Positions 12,995 to 23,288 of a stretch of DNA of 64,000 bases are shown piece after piece. The notes under the pieces were generated by a model that made no database searches, was not told where the DNA came from, and worked only from the letters and a program-made list of their open reading frames with translations. How positions within the stretch are numbered: the first letter of the stretch is position 1; the number at the start of each line of letters is the position of its first letter. Source of the DNA: an uncultured Acidobacteriota bacterium (GTDB lineage Bacteria; Acidobacteriota; UBA6911); the NCBI GenBank assembly GCA_963827655.1, contig CAWHCF010000043.1, positions 1-64,000 of the forward strand. Reading direction: 5' to 3'. A program made the position numbers and the translations under genes.

Positions 12995-13689
12995 CGTCGC
13001 TCCCTGGCGATGCCCAGCTGACTCCGCCCCTCGGCGGGCACATCCCCCAGCGGCACATTCTGGCTCAATTGCAGCGCCCGGATGTAAGCCACAATCGCCC
13101 ACCGGTCCCTTACATGTATTTGTGCCGCATAGTCCGGCATGGCGCCAAAGCCGTTGGTTATCACATCAAAGAAATGGCCGACGCGCGCTTCTTTCAAGCG
13201 ATCTATGTGATACGAGGGCGGCTGCCTGAATCCCCGCCGGACCACCATGCCTTCGCCGGTTCCCAGTCGCCCGTGACAGACGGAACAAAAGATGTCAAAC
13301 CGTTCTCGGCCGCGCTCCAATACCTCGCGTGTGATCGGAAAAGGAAATGTATCGACGAAGATCGGACCTTGGGCCGCGACCGGCGACTTCGCGTCGATGC
13401 CTGGCGGCCTCACGACTGGTAAGGCTCCCCCGGCAGCGCTGGTCTGGCTGACTCTGCCGGTATACAGGTGCGAGTCGTCTTTGAGGTATCCGCGAGCAAC
13501 CGTTCCCGGCACGCTGGGCCGCGCCGACAGCGAATCCTCGAAGAAAGTGGTCCCTCTCAGGGGTTTGTACTTCGGCTGGTCATGCATGTCCTGCCGGCTA
13601 CACCCGGACAACACCAAAGACGCGAATGCCGCGAAGACCCAAAGGTACGCACGCGCGTGTTTGCGATTCGGACGGCAGCGGATATTCAA
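12991..13689 (-). CDS. actE: ACIII monoheme cytochrome c lipoprotein
   Basis: Lipobox LSGC, MHDQPK, CSVCH, GAMPDY...DRWAIVAYIRALQ. Confidence 0.92.
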   Translation of the reverse strand: MNIRCRPNRKHARAYLWVFAAFASLVLSGCSRQDMHDQPKYKPLRGTTFFEDSLSARPSVPGTVARGYLKDDSHLYTGRVSQTSAAGGALPVVRPPGIDAKSPVAAQGPIFVDTFPFPITREVLERGRERFDIFCSVCHGRLGTGEGMVVRRGFRQPPSYHIDRLKEARVGHFFDVITNGFGAMPDYAAQIHVRDRWAIVAYIRALQLSQNVPLGDVPAEGRSQLGIARERR

Positions 13690-13704
13690 TCTCCGCGTGC
13701 CGGT

Positions 13705-14065
13705 CTGACCAGGTGCCGCAAGATCGCCCGGCCCGATGTGCCGGACGGGCTATCAAGCCCGTCCGGCCCTAAGGCCGGAAAGAAATTCTTAAGGTTTAGA
13801 AACACGCCGATGGCGCGACTAGCGACGGAGTGCCGATGGCCCGTCGCCACCTCGGGCTTCGGGATCATGTCTGACCCCCGCCCTCACGGGCGGAGCTAGT
13901 TATTGCGACGGCCTCTCGTGACCCTGCTCAACCCCGACCGCGCTGCAGTGCCTGCGAAATGTCCAGACTCCAGGTGCTGAAGACCCTGGCAGTGAATAAC
14001 CCCGCTTTCGTAGTGCGGAAGCTAGCTGTGCGCCTTGTGCTGCGGCAGCCTGCTGCCGCCCGCCT
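13705..14065. repeat. Cluster of REP-like palindromes between actD and actE
   Basis: Perfect 12-bp stem GCCGGACGGGCT-atca-AGCCCGTCCGGC (13740-13767); CCGCCC-tcac-GGGCGG (~13878-13893); GCGGCAGC-ct-GCTGCCGC (~14042-14059). Confidence 0.7.
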
Positions 14066-14070
14066 GACGG

Positions 14071-14610
14071 TTAGGAGTGCACATCGGAGATCTCTTTCGG
14101 GCTAAGAGTGGCCAGGAAGTTCCTGGTTGCCTGGCCATCGAACTTCGCATCCGCAGCCTCGATGCAGAGGAAAAAACGATCGCGGCTCGCCAAGGCGAAG
14201 CGCGGCACGTTGAAAACCGGGTGGTAAGGCATGGGGAGACCGTTAAGCGCCAGCATTCCGAGCACCGCGGTCAACGCGGCGACCAGAACGGTGGTCTCGA
14301 AAGTGACCGGAATGAAGGCAGGCCAGCTGTGGAGGGGCCGCCCACCGACGTTCAATGGATAATCAATGACCGCAATGTAGTATTGCAGCAAATAACCTGC
14401 GATACATCCGATCACGCCGCCGGCCAGCACCAGAAGAGGCAGGCGGTTGTGATGGAAGCCGAGCGCCTCCGCCAATCCCTCAACAGGAAAAGGCGTATAG
14501 GCATCCATTTTACGGTATCCCTCCCGGTGGGCGCTCAGCGCCGCCGAGACAAGATCCCTAGGATTCTCGAACTCAGCCATCAACCCGTACAGGGTATGGT
14601 CAATTTTCAT
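14071..14610 (-). CDS. actD: ACIII subunit D (DUF3341)
   Basis: DAYTPFPVEG, DYPLNVGGRP, WPAFIPVTFE, DRFFLCI. Confidence 0.92.
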   Translation of the reverse strand: MKIDHTLYGLMAEFENPRDLVSAALSAHREGYRKMDAYTPFPVEGLAEALGFHHNRLPLLVLAGGVIGCIAGYLLQYYIAVIDYPLNVGGRPLHSWPAFIPVTFETTVLVAALTAVLGMLALNGLPMPYHPVFNVPRFALASRDRFFLCIEAADAKFDGQATRNFLATLSPKEISDVHS

Positions 14611-14630
14611 GGTTTGATTTCACCGGCGCT

Positions 14631-14865
14631 AGGGTTCGCGCAGAAATAAGTTCGCATTCTGCTGCAGGCCCCCAGGCCCGCTGGCGAGGCGCGAGCGACG
14701 ATGCGTACCCCGTGCGGTACGTGAGGAGCGAGCAACAAAGCCAGCGGGCCTGCGGGCCGCAGCCCGAAGGGGCGCGATCCTCAGCGTGCTTACCTAATAG
14801 AAACCGGTTCATGATTAACCACCGACTCTCGCGCCAGAATGCGAAGTTATTTCTGCGCGAGCCCT
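14631..14865. mobile_element. MITE-like element with 31-bp terminal inverted repeats
   Basis: AGGGTTCGCGCAGAAATAAGTTCGCATTCTG (14631-14661) matches the reverse complement of 14835-14865 at 29/31; nested internal stems; abuts the actC stop codon. Confidence 0.75.
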
Positions 14866-16277
14866 TAGTCCGCGCCCTCCTTTACCTCTGCCTCCGGCAA
14901 GAGCGTCCTCATCTCGAAAATTGCGATCATGGGAAGGAATCTCACAAACAAGAAGAGCAGCGCAAGGAACAACCCGATCGTTCCAACGAAAGTCATTAAA
15001 TCCCACGCCGTCGGCCAGTACATGCCCCACGATGACGGCAGGAAGTCACGATGCAAGCTGGTAATAACGATAATGAAGCGCTCCAGCCACATGCCGATGT
15101 TCACAATGATGGCAATCACAAATAACGCCGGCACGCTGGACCTTACCCGTCTGGACCAGAGCGCCTGAGGGATCAGGACGTTGCACAAGATCAGCATCCA
15201 GTACATAAGGGCGTAAGGCCCTCGCATCCGGTTGAGGATCATGAAAGTTTCGTACCCGCTCCCGCTGTACCACGCCATGAAGGTTTCGGTCATGTATCCA
15301 TAGGCGACGATCAGTCCGGTTGCGAGCATTACTTTAGCCATGTTCTGCAGATGCCGCAGGGTAATGAAATCCTCGAGGCCATAGATGGCTCGCAGTGGAA
15401 TTGCCAGGGTCATGACCATGGCGAAACCCGAGTAAATCGCGCCGGCGACAAAGTAAGGGGGGAAGATCGTCGTGTGCCAGCCCGGGATGATGGAGATTGC
15501 GAAATCGAAGCTCACGATCGTGTGTACGGAGACAACCAGCGGCGTGGCCAGCCCGGCCAGTAGAAGATATGCCGTCTCGTAGCGGTGCCAGTGAATCGCC
15601 GAGCCGCGCCAGCCCATGGCGAGGATGCCATAGGTGATGCGGGCCATGCGGGTTCTAGCCCGGTCTCGCAGCGTCGCCAGATCAGGAATCAATCCTACAA
15701 ACCAGAAGAGCAGAGAAACGGTCCCGTAGGTACTGACGGCAAAGACATCCCAAATGAGCGGGCTGCGGAACTGCGGCCAGACTTGCATTGTATTCGGATA
15801 AGGAAACAGCCAGTGCGCGAGCCAGGGCCGGCCCAGGTGCAGGATCGGGTAGAGCGCTGCGCAAGCAACGGCGAATAGTGTCATGGCTTCGGCGAAGCGG
15901 TTGATCGATGTCCGCCATTTTTGATTCAGCAGGAGCAAGATCGCGGAAATCAGCGTTCCGGCGTGGCCGATCCCAATCCACCAGACGAAGTTGATGATTG
16001 CGAACCCCCAACCGACCGGTACCCCCACGCCCCAAACTCCCACGCCGGCAACCAGCAGGTAGCCGATGGAGTACAGCAGCATCATGACCAGCGCGAACGT
16101 GAGCGCGAAACCCAGGAACCAACCGGTCCGCTTGCGCCGGGTCAGCACAATGGAACTGATCTTGTCGGTGATCGACGCGAAGGTGTGGCCCGGTTCCAGA
16201 ATCGCGTAAGAGTCGCCCGCCGGAGACTGCTCGATCGCTCTTCGGTTTACTTCACTCGATTCCCTACCGGTTTCCAT
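14865..16277 (-). CDS. actC: ACIII subunit C (NrfD/PsrC family)
   Basis: WGFAIINFVWWIGIGHAGTLISA, HLGRPW, SPLIWDVFAV, VHTIVSFDF, GWHTTIFPPYFV. Confidence 0.95.
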   Translation of the reverse strand: METGRESSEVNRRAIEQSPAGDSYAILEPGHTFASITDKISSIVLTRRKRTGWFLGFALTFALVMMLLYSIGYLLVAGVGVWGVGVPVGWGFAIINFVWWIGIGHAGTLISAILLLLNQKWRTSINRFAEAMTLFAVACAALYPILHLGRPWLAHWLFPYPNTMQVWPQFRSPLIWDVFAVSTYGTVSLLFWFVGLIPDLATLRDRARTRMARITYGILAMGWRGSAIHWHRYETAYLLLAGLATPLVVSVHTIVSFDFAISIIPGWHTTIFPPYFVAGAIYSGFAMVMTLAIPLRAIYGLEDFITLRHLQNMAKVMLATGLIVAYGYMTETFMAWYSGSGYETFMILNRMRGPYALMYWMLILCNVLIPQALWSRRVRSSVPALFVIAIIVNIGMWLERFIIVITSLHRDFLPSSWGMYWPTAWDLMTFVGTIGLFLALLFLFVRFLPMIAIFEMRTLLPEAEVKEGAD

Positions 16278-16296
16278 GCGCTTACAGTCTTCGCGT

Positions 16297-19200
16297 TCAG
16301 TCCAGCTCAGGGTTGATGTTCCGCACCGCAGCCAGATAGGTCGTGCGCGGCCGAGTATTCAGTTCGGTGAGCAAGCCGTAGTTACGAGGCTCGCGCTTCA
16401 ACTTTGCCACCTGGCTGCCGGGGTCATTGATATTGCCGAAAACGATGGCATCGACCGGACATACTGCCTGGCATGCGGTCAAGACTTCACCGTCGCGCAC
16501 CTGCCGGTCTTCTTTTTCGGCTTCGATCTTCGCTTTGTTGATCCGCTGGACACAATACGTGCACTTCTCCATGACACCCCGGCTCCTTACCGTCACATCG
16601 GGGTTGCTCAATAGCTTCAAGCTTGGTGTGTCCCAATCGGAATAAAGCAGAAAATTGAAGCGCCGGACTTTGTACGGACAGTTATTGGAGCAATAGCGTG
16701 TTCCGACACATCGATTGTAGACCATGTCGTTCAGCCCTTCAGCGCTGTGAACGGTCGCAGCTACGGGGCAGACGACCTCACACGGGGCATTTTCGCAGTG
16801 CATGCAGGGGACGGGTTGAAAATAAGTCTCCGGCGCGTCTACAGGGCCCTTGTGATAGCGGTCGATTCGCAGCCAGTGCATTTCGCGGCCGCGCAAAACT
16901 TCCTCCCTGCCGACGATCGGGATGTTATTTTCCGCCTGGCAGGCGATGACACAGGCATTGCAACCGATGCACGAATTCAGATCGATCGCCATCCCCCAGG
17001 CGTAGCCCTGGTACTCGTGCGGAGGGTAGAGCGAGAGCCCTTCCCCGTGCCCCACATGCTGGGCAAAGCCCGGATTGTTACGGTAGTGTTCGAACGAGGT
17101 AGAGCGGATCAGGTCGCGGCCTTCGAGATTGTGATGCAACTGTGTGTTGGCGAGACCATGCTTCTGACCCGTCTTGCGCAGCTCCAGGCTGCCGTCGAAC
17201 CATGGCGCTTCCGAGGTTCGAAGCGCGTAGGCATTGAAGCCGGCTCCGGTCCCGATCCTTCCCGCTCGCGTGCGTCCGTAGCCAAGATGAACCGTAACCG
17301 AATCGTCCGGCAACCCCGGTTGAATCCAGACCGGCGCTCGCACCATCCGTCCCCGATAGCGCAACTCGACGACGTCCGCAAATACCTCGCCGTGTTCTCC
17401 GCCCCGGTTGCTGAGCTCATAGCCGAGTCCGAGCCGGGCGGCTGTCGCCGGGCTCACGAGCGCCGCATTATCCCAGGTGAGCTTGCTAAGCGGCTTGGGA
17501 AGCTCCTGAAGCCAGCCATTGTTGGAAAACCGCCCATCGAATACGGTGGAGTCCGGGCGGAAGACGATGTCCAGCCCGGTTGCCGAGGCGGGGGTCCGGG
17601 GACCCGGTGTTAGAGACGTGTGCCAATCCGGTCTGAGCGCTACGGACTTCGAAGGGAGTCTGGTATTCGATATGAAGCCATCGTGTAGCGCTCTCCGCCA
17701 GGATTGCTCGAAATCGCCCGGCGCGCGGGAAGTCTGAACACTCCCCCGCGACGCTTCCTTGCCCACCGGTTTCTGGTCTCTGACACCGGGCGCGCGGGCC
17801 TTCACCCCCGCCTCCTCTTTTACCGCCGACGGCCAGTGAGTGCGCCAGTAATCGCGCACGATGTCGTAGCTGGATCGCTCCGGCCTGTCGGTTAACGTCG
17901 CGAGCAGCTCATGCGCGGTCTTGCCGCGATAGAGCGGAGCAATCAAGGGCTGCAGAATGGTCACGGTTCCGTCATAAGCGCGAGCGTCGCTCCAGGATTC
18001 GAGGTAGTGAGCCTCTGGAATATGCCACTGGCACAAGGCGGAGGTTTCGTCCTCGTACAGGCTCAAATGAATTCGAAGACCGACCTTTTGGAGACGTTCG
18101 GCGAATTTCAAATCTGCAGGCGCCGTGTAGACCGGGTTGGCCGATATTATCACCAGCATGGTGACTCGACCGGCATCCATGTCTCCGGCGAGCTCCCGCA
18201 GCGACTGGGTTTGATTATTCGACTCCGCTTCGATCGGGTCGGTATAAACGACAGTCTTGCCAATGTTGCCCAGCGCGTGGTTCATCGCGTGAGCCAGGGC
18301 ATGAACCTGGGTCGATTGATAGTCGCCGGGAATGATGACGCTTGAACCGCCGTGGAGCTGAAGCTCACCCGCGATGACTTTGATCCATTTGTTCCTTCGC
18401 TGTGCCTTGGGGGACTGAGGATCGTCCGGCCACTTCGGCGCGTCACCCGGTAGGATTCCCAATTCATGCGCCAGCGCGCGCGTAAAGATTTCGATCTCGG
18501 CAGGACGCAAGGGCAAGCGATGATCCGCCACGGCCCCGGTATTCGAGATGGTTGACTCCACGGCGTAGAGACGGTTCATCTGCTTCGACGGCAGTTTCCT
18601 CCGTGAAGCGAAATCGCGCGCGTAACGCAGGCTCGCAGGCCCGCAGCCGAGGAAATCCGAATCAAGAGCCAGAATAACCTCTGCTTGATCGGGCTGAAAG
18701 ACTGCGTTCAGGCCTTCGCCAAAGGCCAGACGGGTGCCGTCGCGGCCTCCATTGTGTCCGCTTGCATCGTACTGATGCCACCGGGCTTTGGGAAAAGTTG
18801 AGAGTATGTCGCGGATCTGGCCGGCCAGCGTCGGAGAAGTGATGGTTTCGGTAAGCAGGCGCAGGCCGGCTCCCTGAACGGCGACCTGCCCGTCAAGTCC
18901 GGCCCGGACCGCGCCCAGAAGCGCCGGCCAGGGCCGGATGTTCCCCAGGTGGGTAAGGGTCTGGGACCGATCAGGGTCGTAAAGGGAGAGCACGGAAGCT
19001 TGCGAGAATACGTCCGTGGCGCCCAGGCTGGCGGGATGATCGGGGTTCCCTTCAATCTTCGTTGGCCTGCCTTCGTGGCTTTCCACCAGCACTCCGGAAG
19101 CCACTCCGGCCAGCGTGGTCGCAGTCGCGAAAAACAGTGGCCGGCCGGGGACCACGTCCTCCGGCTGGCGAACATAGGGGACAATGGCCTCGTTGGGCTG

Positions 19201-19455
19201 TCGCGTACATGCGCTCAGGCCGGCCAGGGCCAAGGAAGCGCCCATCAGCTTCAAGAACTCGCGCCGGTCGGCCGAATCGTTCCATTCCGAGGCGTGCCGC
19301 GGAAATTCCTGTTGTAGAAGCCGCGCAAACTCCTCGCTCTCGGCAAGCTCTTCAAGACTGCGCCAGTAGTCACGACCATGGCGGCGCAGCAAAGCCAACT
19401 CGAGAGAACTGTGCCTGGTCTTCATCCGTGACGCTCTGTCAACTATCGGTGACAC
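16297..19455 (-). CDS. actB: ACIII subunit B (molybdopterin-oxidoreductase-like + Fe-S domain, Tat signal)
   Basis: YWRSLEEL, DRREFLKLMGA, GRPTKIEGNPDHP; Fe-S motifs CIGCNACVIAC, CMHCENAPC, CVGTRYCSNNCP, CTYC. Confidence 0.95.
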   Translation of the reverse strand: MSPIVDRASRMKTRHSSLELALLRRHGRDYWRSLEELAESEEFARLLQQEFPRHASEWNDSADRREFLKLMGASLALAGLSACTRQPNEAIVPYVRQPEDVVPGRPLFFATATTLAGVASGVLVESHEGRPTKIEGNPDHPASLGATDVFSQASVLSLYDPDRSQTLTHLGNIRPWPALLGAVRAGLDGQVAVQGAGLRLLTETITSPTLAGQIRDILSTFPKARWHQYDASGHNGGRDGTRLAFGEGLNAVFQPDQAEVILALDSDFLGCGPASLRYARDFASRRKLPSKQMNRLYAVESTISNTGAVADHRLPLRPAEIEIFTRALAHELGILPGDAPKWPDDPQSPKAQRRNKWIKVIAGELQLHGGSSVIIPGDYQSTQVHALAHAMNHALGNIGKTVVYTDPIEAESNNQTQSLRELAGDMDAGRVTMLVIISANPVYTAPADLKFAERLQKVGLRIHLSLYEDETSALCQWHIPEAHYLESWSDARAYDGTVTILQPLIAPLYRGKTAHELLATLTDRPERSSYDIVRDYWRTHWPSAVKEEAGVKARAPGVRDQKPVGKEASRGSVQTSRAPGDFEQSWRRALHDGFISNTRLPSKSVALRPDWHTSLTPGPRTPASATGLDIVFRPDSTVFDGRFSNNGWLQELPKPLSKLTWDNAALVSPATAARLGLGYELSNRGGEHGEVFADVVELRYRGRMVRAPVWIQPGLPDDSVTVHLGYGRTRAGRIGTGAGFNAYALRTSEAPWFDGSLELRKTGQKHGLANTQLHHNLEGRDLIRSTSFEHYRNNPGFAQHVGHGEGLSLYPPHEYQGYAWGMAIDLNSCIGCNACVIACQAENNIPIVGREEVLRGREMHWLRIDRYHKGPVDAPETYFQPVPCMHCENAPCEVVCPVAATVHSAEGLNDMVYNRCVGTRYCSNNCPYKVRRFNFLLYSDWDTPSLKLLSNPDVTVRSRGVMEKCTYCVQRINKAKIEAEKEDRQVRDGEVLTACQAVCPVDAIVFGNINDPGSQVAKLKREPRNYGLLTELNTRPRTTYLAAVRNINPELD

Positions 19456-20099
19456 GTACTACAACTGGTCAGGACAGCAGGACTCTGAATATTGTATTTC
19501 TTCACCAGCGCCGACCCTTGATCGAGCTGGTCTTGTGGCTGCCAGTCCATGCGAAACACATATTCGCGTGGCCGGATGTAACGTTCGGGCCGGCGATGGC
19601 ACTCCAGGCACCATTCCATTTGGAGTGAAGACGCCTGCCAGGTCAGTGGCATCAGGTCTACACGTCCATGACACGTGGCGCAACCGACCCCTTTATTGAC
19701 GTGAATACTGTGGTCGAAGTAAACGAAATCGGGCAGATCATGGACGCGCGTCCACTGAATAGGCCTGCCCGTGCGAAAGCTGGCGCGCACCGGTTCCAGA
19801 ACCGGGCTGTCGGCCCAGATCTGCGAGTGGCAGTTCATGCAGATTTTCGTGCTCGGGATTCCCGCAAAAGCCTCGGTCTCGACCGAAGTGTGGCAATGGC
19901 GGCAATCGATCCCATCATCGCCGACGTGATGCTTGTGGCTGAACTGGACGGGTTGGGGCCGAGCGACGTAAGCCTGGGTGGCATAGGACGACCGATTGAT
20001 CTGAGCCACGACCCAGATGATCCCGGCGATAATGAAGATAGCTCCAAAAATACTGAGCTTGGAAAGGGTATTGGTGCTGGGATGAAAAATCTGGGCCAC
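19443..20099 (-). CDS. actA: ACIII pentaheme cytochrome c
   Basis: Five CxxCH motifs (CRHCH, CMNCH, CATCH, CLECH, CSTCH); N-terminal TM; QPVQFSHKHH. Confidence 0.95.
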   Translation of the reverse strand: MAQIFHPSTNTLSKLSIFGAIFIIAGIIWVVAQINRSSYATQAYVARPQPVQFSHKHHVGDDGIDCRHCHTSVETEAFAGIPSTKICMNCHSQIWADSPVLEPVRASFRTGRPIQWTRVHDLPDFVYFDHSIHVNKGVGCATCHGRVDLMPLTWQASSLQMEWCLECHRRPERYIRPREYVFRMDWQPQDQLDQGSALVKKYNIQSPAVLTSCSTCHR

Positions 20100-20193
20100 A
20101 GTCGCCAACCGCTTCGACAAGTGCGAACGCGCAGCAGCATATCACAGTGTTGCCGATAAGCATGTGCAGGAATATTAGAACGGAGAGGTTTTG

Positions 20194-20247
20194 GTCTTCG
20201 CGTCTTAGCGGTTAAGTCGTTCAACAAAACCGCTAAGACGCGAAGAC
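20194..20247. repeat. Short palindromic repeat pair GTCTTCGCGTCTTAGCGGTT ... AACCGCTAAGACGCGAAGAC; possible terminator
   Basis: 20-bp perfect inverted repeat; related half-units at ~11330, ~22030, ~32960, ~33755, ~36388, ~39730, ~47277, ~52970, ~61731. Confidence 0.75.
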
Positions 20248-20265
20248 GCCGAACTACAGACGATC

Positions 20266-21632
20266 TCAATTCGAACTCGTAGAAGTCGACCAGCTCAATT
20301 CAAATTCGTAGAAGTCGTCGCCGCTTTGCGCGTCTTGGATCAAGACGACTGCCGTGTAGTTATTAGCTGCGGACGGTTGTTCGACCAGCTCCACTCTTCC
20401 TCTGCCCCGAAGCTTGTTCAACTGTATGTTGACTGGATTGCGCGGAAGCGGTGAAGGGAGATCGTAGGATGCGTCTGCTACGTTGCGTGCTGCGACGTGC
20501 TGGATTGTAACCGCGTTGCCCCGGATTCGAACGTAATCGGAGCCGTCGACGCGGCCCTGCCATCGAAAGTGGCCGCCGGCCCGGTCGAGATCTCTGTTTG
20601 AAACCGCCGGAGCGCGCGTGCTCCTGTTGGAGCCATACCTCACTCCTAGAGCGCCTGCCAGCCGGGCAACCTCGTTCTGAACCGGAGCCCAATCATTCTG
20701 AATGTCGAGGGTCGAGCGATCGAGCATCAGGTCGATCTTTTCGGCCTGAAGGACCAGGTTTCTGCCTTCACTGCGCAAGACCCCGTCGCCGCTCAGCTGG
20801 GAATAACGCTGCGCGCTGTTGGCGAACTCCCTCAAGGATCGGTAGAGCGCCGCGTTCTCCTGAGTCTGGCGGACACCAGGTTCGCGCCGATGTTGCGGAC
20901 CAGATTCCAGACCTGTGCGGCTCGATCATTCAAGTCGCGCGCAATCAGGTCGAGGGGCTCGTTGCTGAGACGCCCATCCCTCGATCGGTTGTAGCGATCG
21001 CCGGTGCGCGAGAATTCACCGGACGCCGGACGTACACCGCCTGCGGGATTCCTTTCCAGAATGAAGTTGAACGCCTGTTCCGGTTCGAATTCAACATCCT
21101 TACCTGTGGTCACCAGGACCACGCCGGTTCCCCCGGCAGCTCCGATAGCGGCTCCAACAGCGGCACCCTTGCCGCCGCCGGTGATCGCTCCGATGATCGC
21201 GCCGATGGCCGCCGCCCCGCCAATCACGCCGGCGTCGCGGCCCTTTGAATTATCGGACTCGACCGTAACGGTGTTCGACTCGACCGGGAAGATAGCGTCG
21301 CCGACACGCACGTCCGAGACCGTGAGTGCCATGCGCGCCCGCCCGCTTACTTTGCCTGAGTCGCGAACTTCAACCAGCCTGCCGGTAACCGGGCTTCCGG
21401 CAGGAATTTCGACCCGTCCATTAACAATGACGTCCTTGTCTGCGATCGCCTGAAACGTATCCCCGGTTTGGTTCGTGTCGGAGTCCAGGCGTTCAGTTAA
21501 ACGCACCTCCAGGTTTGTGCCGTCCGGCAGGCGAAGGATATCCACCCTCCCCCTACGCTGGGCGAGGCCCCCTGCGGCCGACGAAAAAAGAAATGCGGCC
21601 GTTATGACAATGGTTTGAATTCGTCTTCGCAT
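20266..21632 (-). CDS. Secreted protein with TrbI/VirB10-like beta domain, glycine zipper and C-terminal beta domain; one frameshift near 20850
   Basis: Signal peptide, LPDGTNLEVRL...GDTFQA, GAAAIGAIIGAITGGGKGAAVGAAIG; ORFs 20832-21632 and 20266-20835 join. Confidence 0.7.
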
Positions 21633-21668
21633 AATTTTTACCTCCTTTTTAAACCACTTGCCTGGAGA

Positions 21669-21684
21669 TGCAATCGTCGCGCCA
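21669..21684 (-). promoter_or_regulatory. sigma54 (-24/-12) promoter
   Basis: Minus strand TGGCGCG-ACGA-TTGCA, about 37 bp upstream of ATG 21632, which has an AGGAGG RBS. Confidence 0.65.
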
Positions 21685-22054
21685 GGGTTGCGTTTGCCTT
21701 GTATTTGAAGGGCTTACACGAGGCTTTGAAATCGTTCGGGCGGGAATACTTACCGTAATTCCCCGGACGGGAATTTCTTGTCGAGGCTAGTTGGGTGTTG
21801 AGAGAGAAATCGCCGCTCTACAATCTTCCGGGAAGTAGATGTCCCTTCGCGAAAAACTCCGGGCAAGATTTTTCCACGAGCAGAGAGAAAAAGCTTCTGC
21901 CACGGATTACACGAATTTCACAGAGCCAATTTAGACTTCGTGAAATTCGTGGAATCCGTGGCGAGTATTTGGTTGTGGCCAAAGGCCGCGTCGCGTCTCG
22001 GCGGCGCCTTCTGTTCTTTACACTCCATCCACTAAGACGCGAAAGCAGGCCTGG

Positions 22055-22799
22055 CTAGTTCACGCCCGACTCGTTCGGCAACAGATGGCGTCGCAGTGCC
22101 CTGATGCCGAATCCCGCCCCTAACGAAAGAAGGCCAGCCAGAGCAATCAGCGGAAAGGGGCTGGCAGTCTTGGGCAGCTGTGCCGCTTTAGCCGGCTCGC
22201 CAGGCGCGGGGACCTGAGACTCCGCCGCAGGGCGGGCCGGTTTTGGCCGCAACCGGTCCTGGCGCCGGGGGCGCAGGCGGCCGCGCTTCGGCTATTTGAG
22301 CGGGCTTATCCGAAGCCGGCTTGTCTGCTGGAGGCGGCGTTCGAGACAGGGAAGCTTGTTCTTCATCCGAAATCGAGCGGACCTGTTCCTTGACCGCGGC
22401 GCTGAGCGCAGCCGCTTCTCGCTTGGGATACGCAAACTCCTGCCCGAAATTGTCCCCTGGATAGAACCATGACCTTAACGCCGGAGGCGTTCCGGTCGGC
22501 GTTTCCCAGAAACTGAACTCAGTTGCGCCGGTCGGCTTGAGCCTGGAGTTGGGTATGGCCAGGATCGTTGCCAGTAACTTCGATTCGCCTTCATTGAAGA
22601 CCTGCACAATGTGCCGATTCGAAGCTGAGTCCGCTAATTTCACGACGTACTTTCCTGGCTGAAGAACGGTCCCGGGAATCTGTAACGGCTGATTGATCGT
22701 CAGAATCGTTTTCTTGTTCCACTGATCCGCGTCCGCCCAGGGCGCGATCAGAATCAGCCCCAACGCCATTGCACCGAAAACAAACCCTAGCTTTCTCAT
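22055..22799 (-). CDS. Secreted protein with Pro/Ala linker and C-terminal LPKTA sortase-like signal; frameshift near 22250
   Basis: Signal peptide, DQWNKKTILT, WFYPGDNFGQEFAYPK, then QLPKTASPFPLIALAGLLSLGAGFGIRALRR. Confidence 0.78.
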
Positions 22800-22870
22800 T
22801 GTCCCCCTCCTCTTCAAGATCGCTCGTCCGTGTCTGGTGATCGCACAGACGCCTCGTACACTATTCTCAA

Positions 22871-22886
22871 GGCAATCTTCATACCA
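22871..22886 (-). promoter_or_regulatory. sigma54 (-24/-12) promoter
   Basis: Minus strand TGGTATG-AAGA-TTGCC upstream of ATG 22799. Confidence 0.6.
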
Positions 22887-23288
22887 CGGGGGTATTGGCG
22901 CGATGTAACTGGATTTCCAATACTAAGCGCAGACGCCGACACCTGCTTACATAACCAACCGGTGCGCGGGCGGAAATTTCTCCCTGTCAACTTCGATTTC
23001 GACCGTGCTCGGGCCGCCGGATCCCACCAGGGAATAATTCCCGCAAGCGACGTGACCGATCGCAGCCGCGGCAGGATGGCGCGCCGGATTTTCTCAAATG
23101 CGCCAACCCTTTATTCTTGAAGAAGTCGACATCATATCGGGTTCGTTCCCGAAGACTTGGTCTTTCAATTGCGTAAAGCCCCGGGTGTATGGAACGTTGG
23201 GCTTAACCGATCTGGAGGCGTTTGATCGAGAGTAAGGTATTAGCCCAGAGACAAAAAAATCGGAGGCACTTCGGGAGGGGGTATCGGC

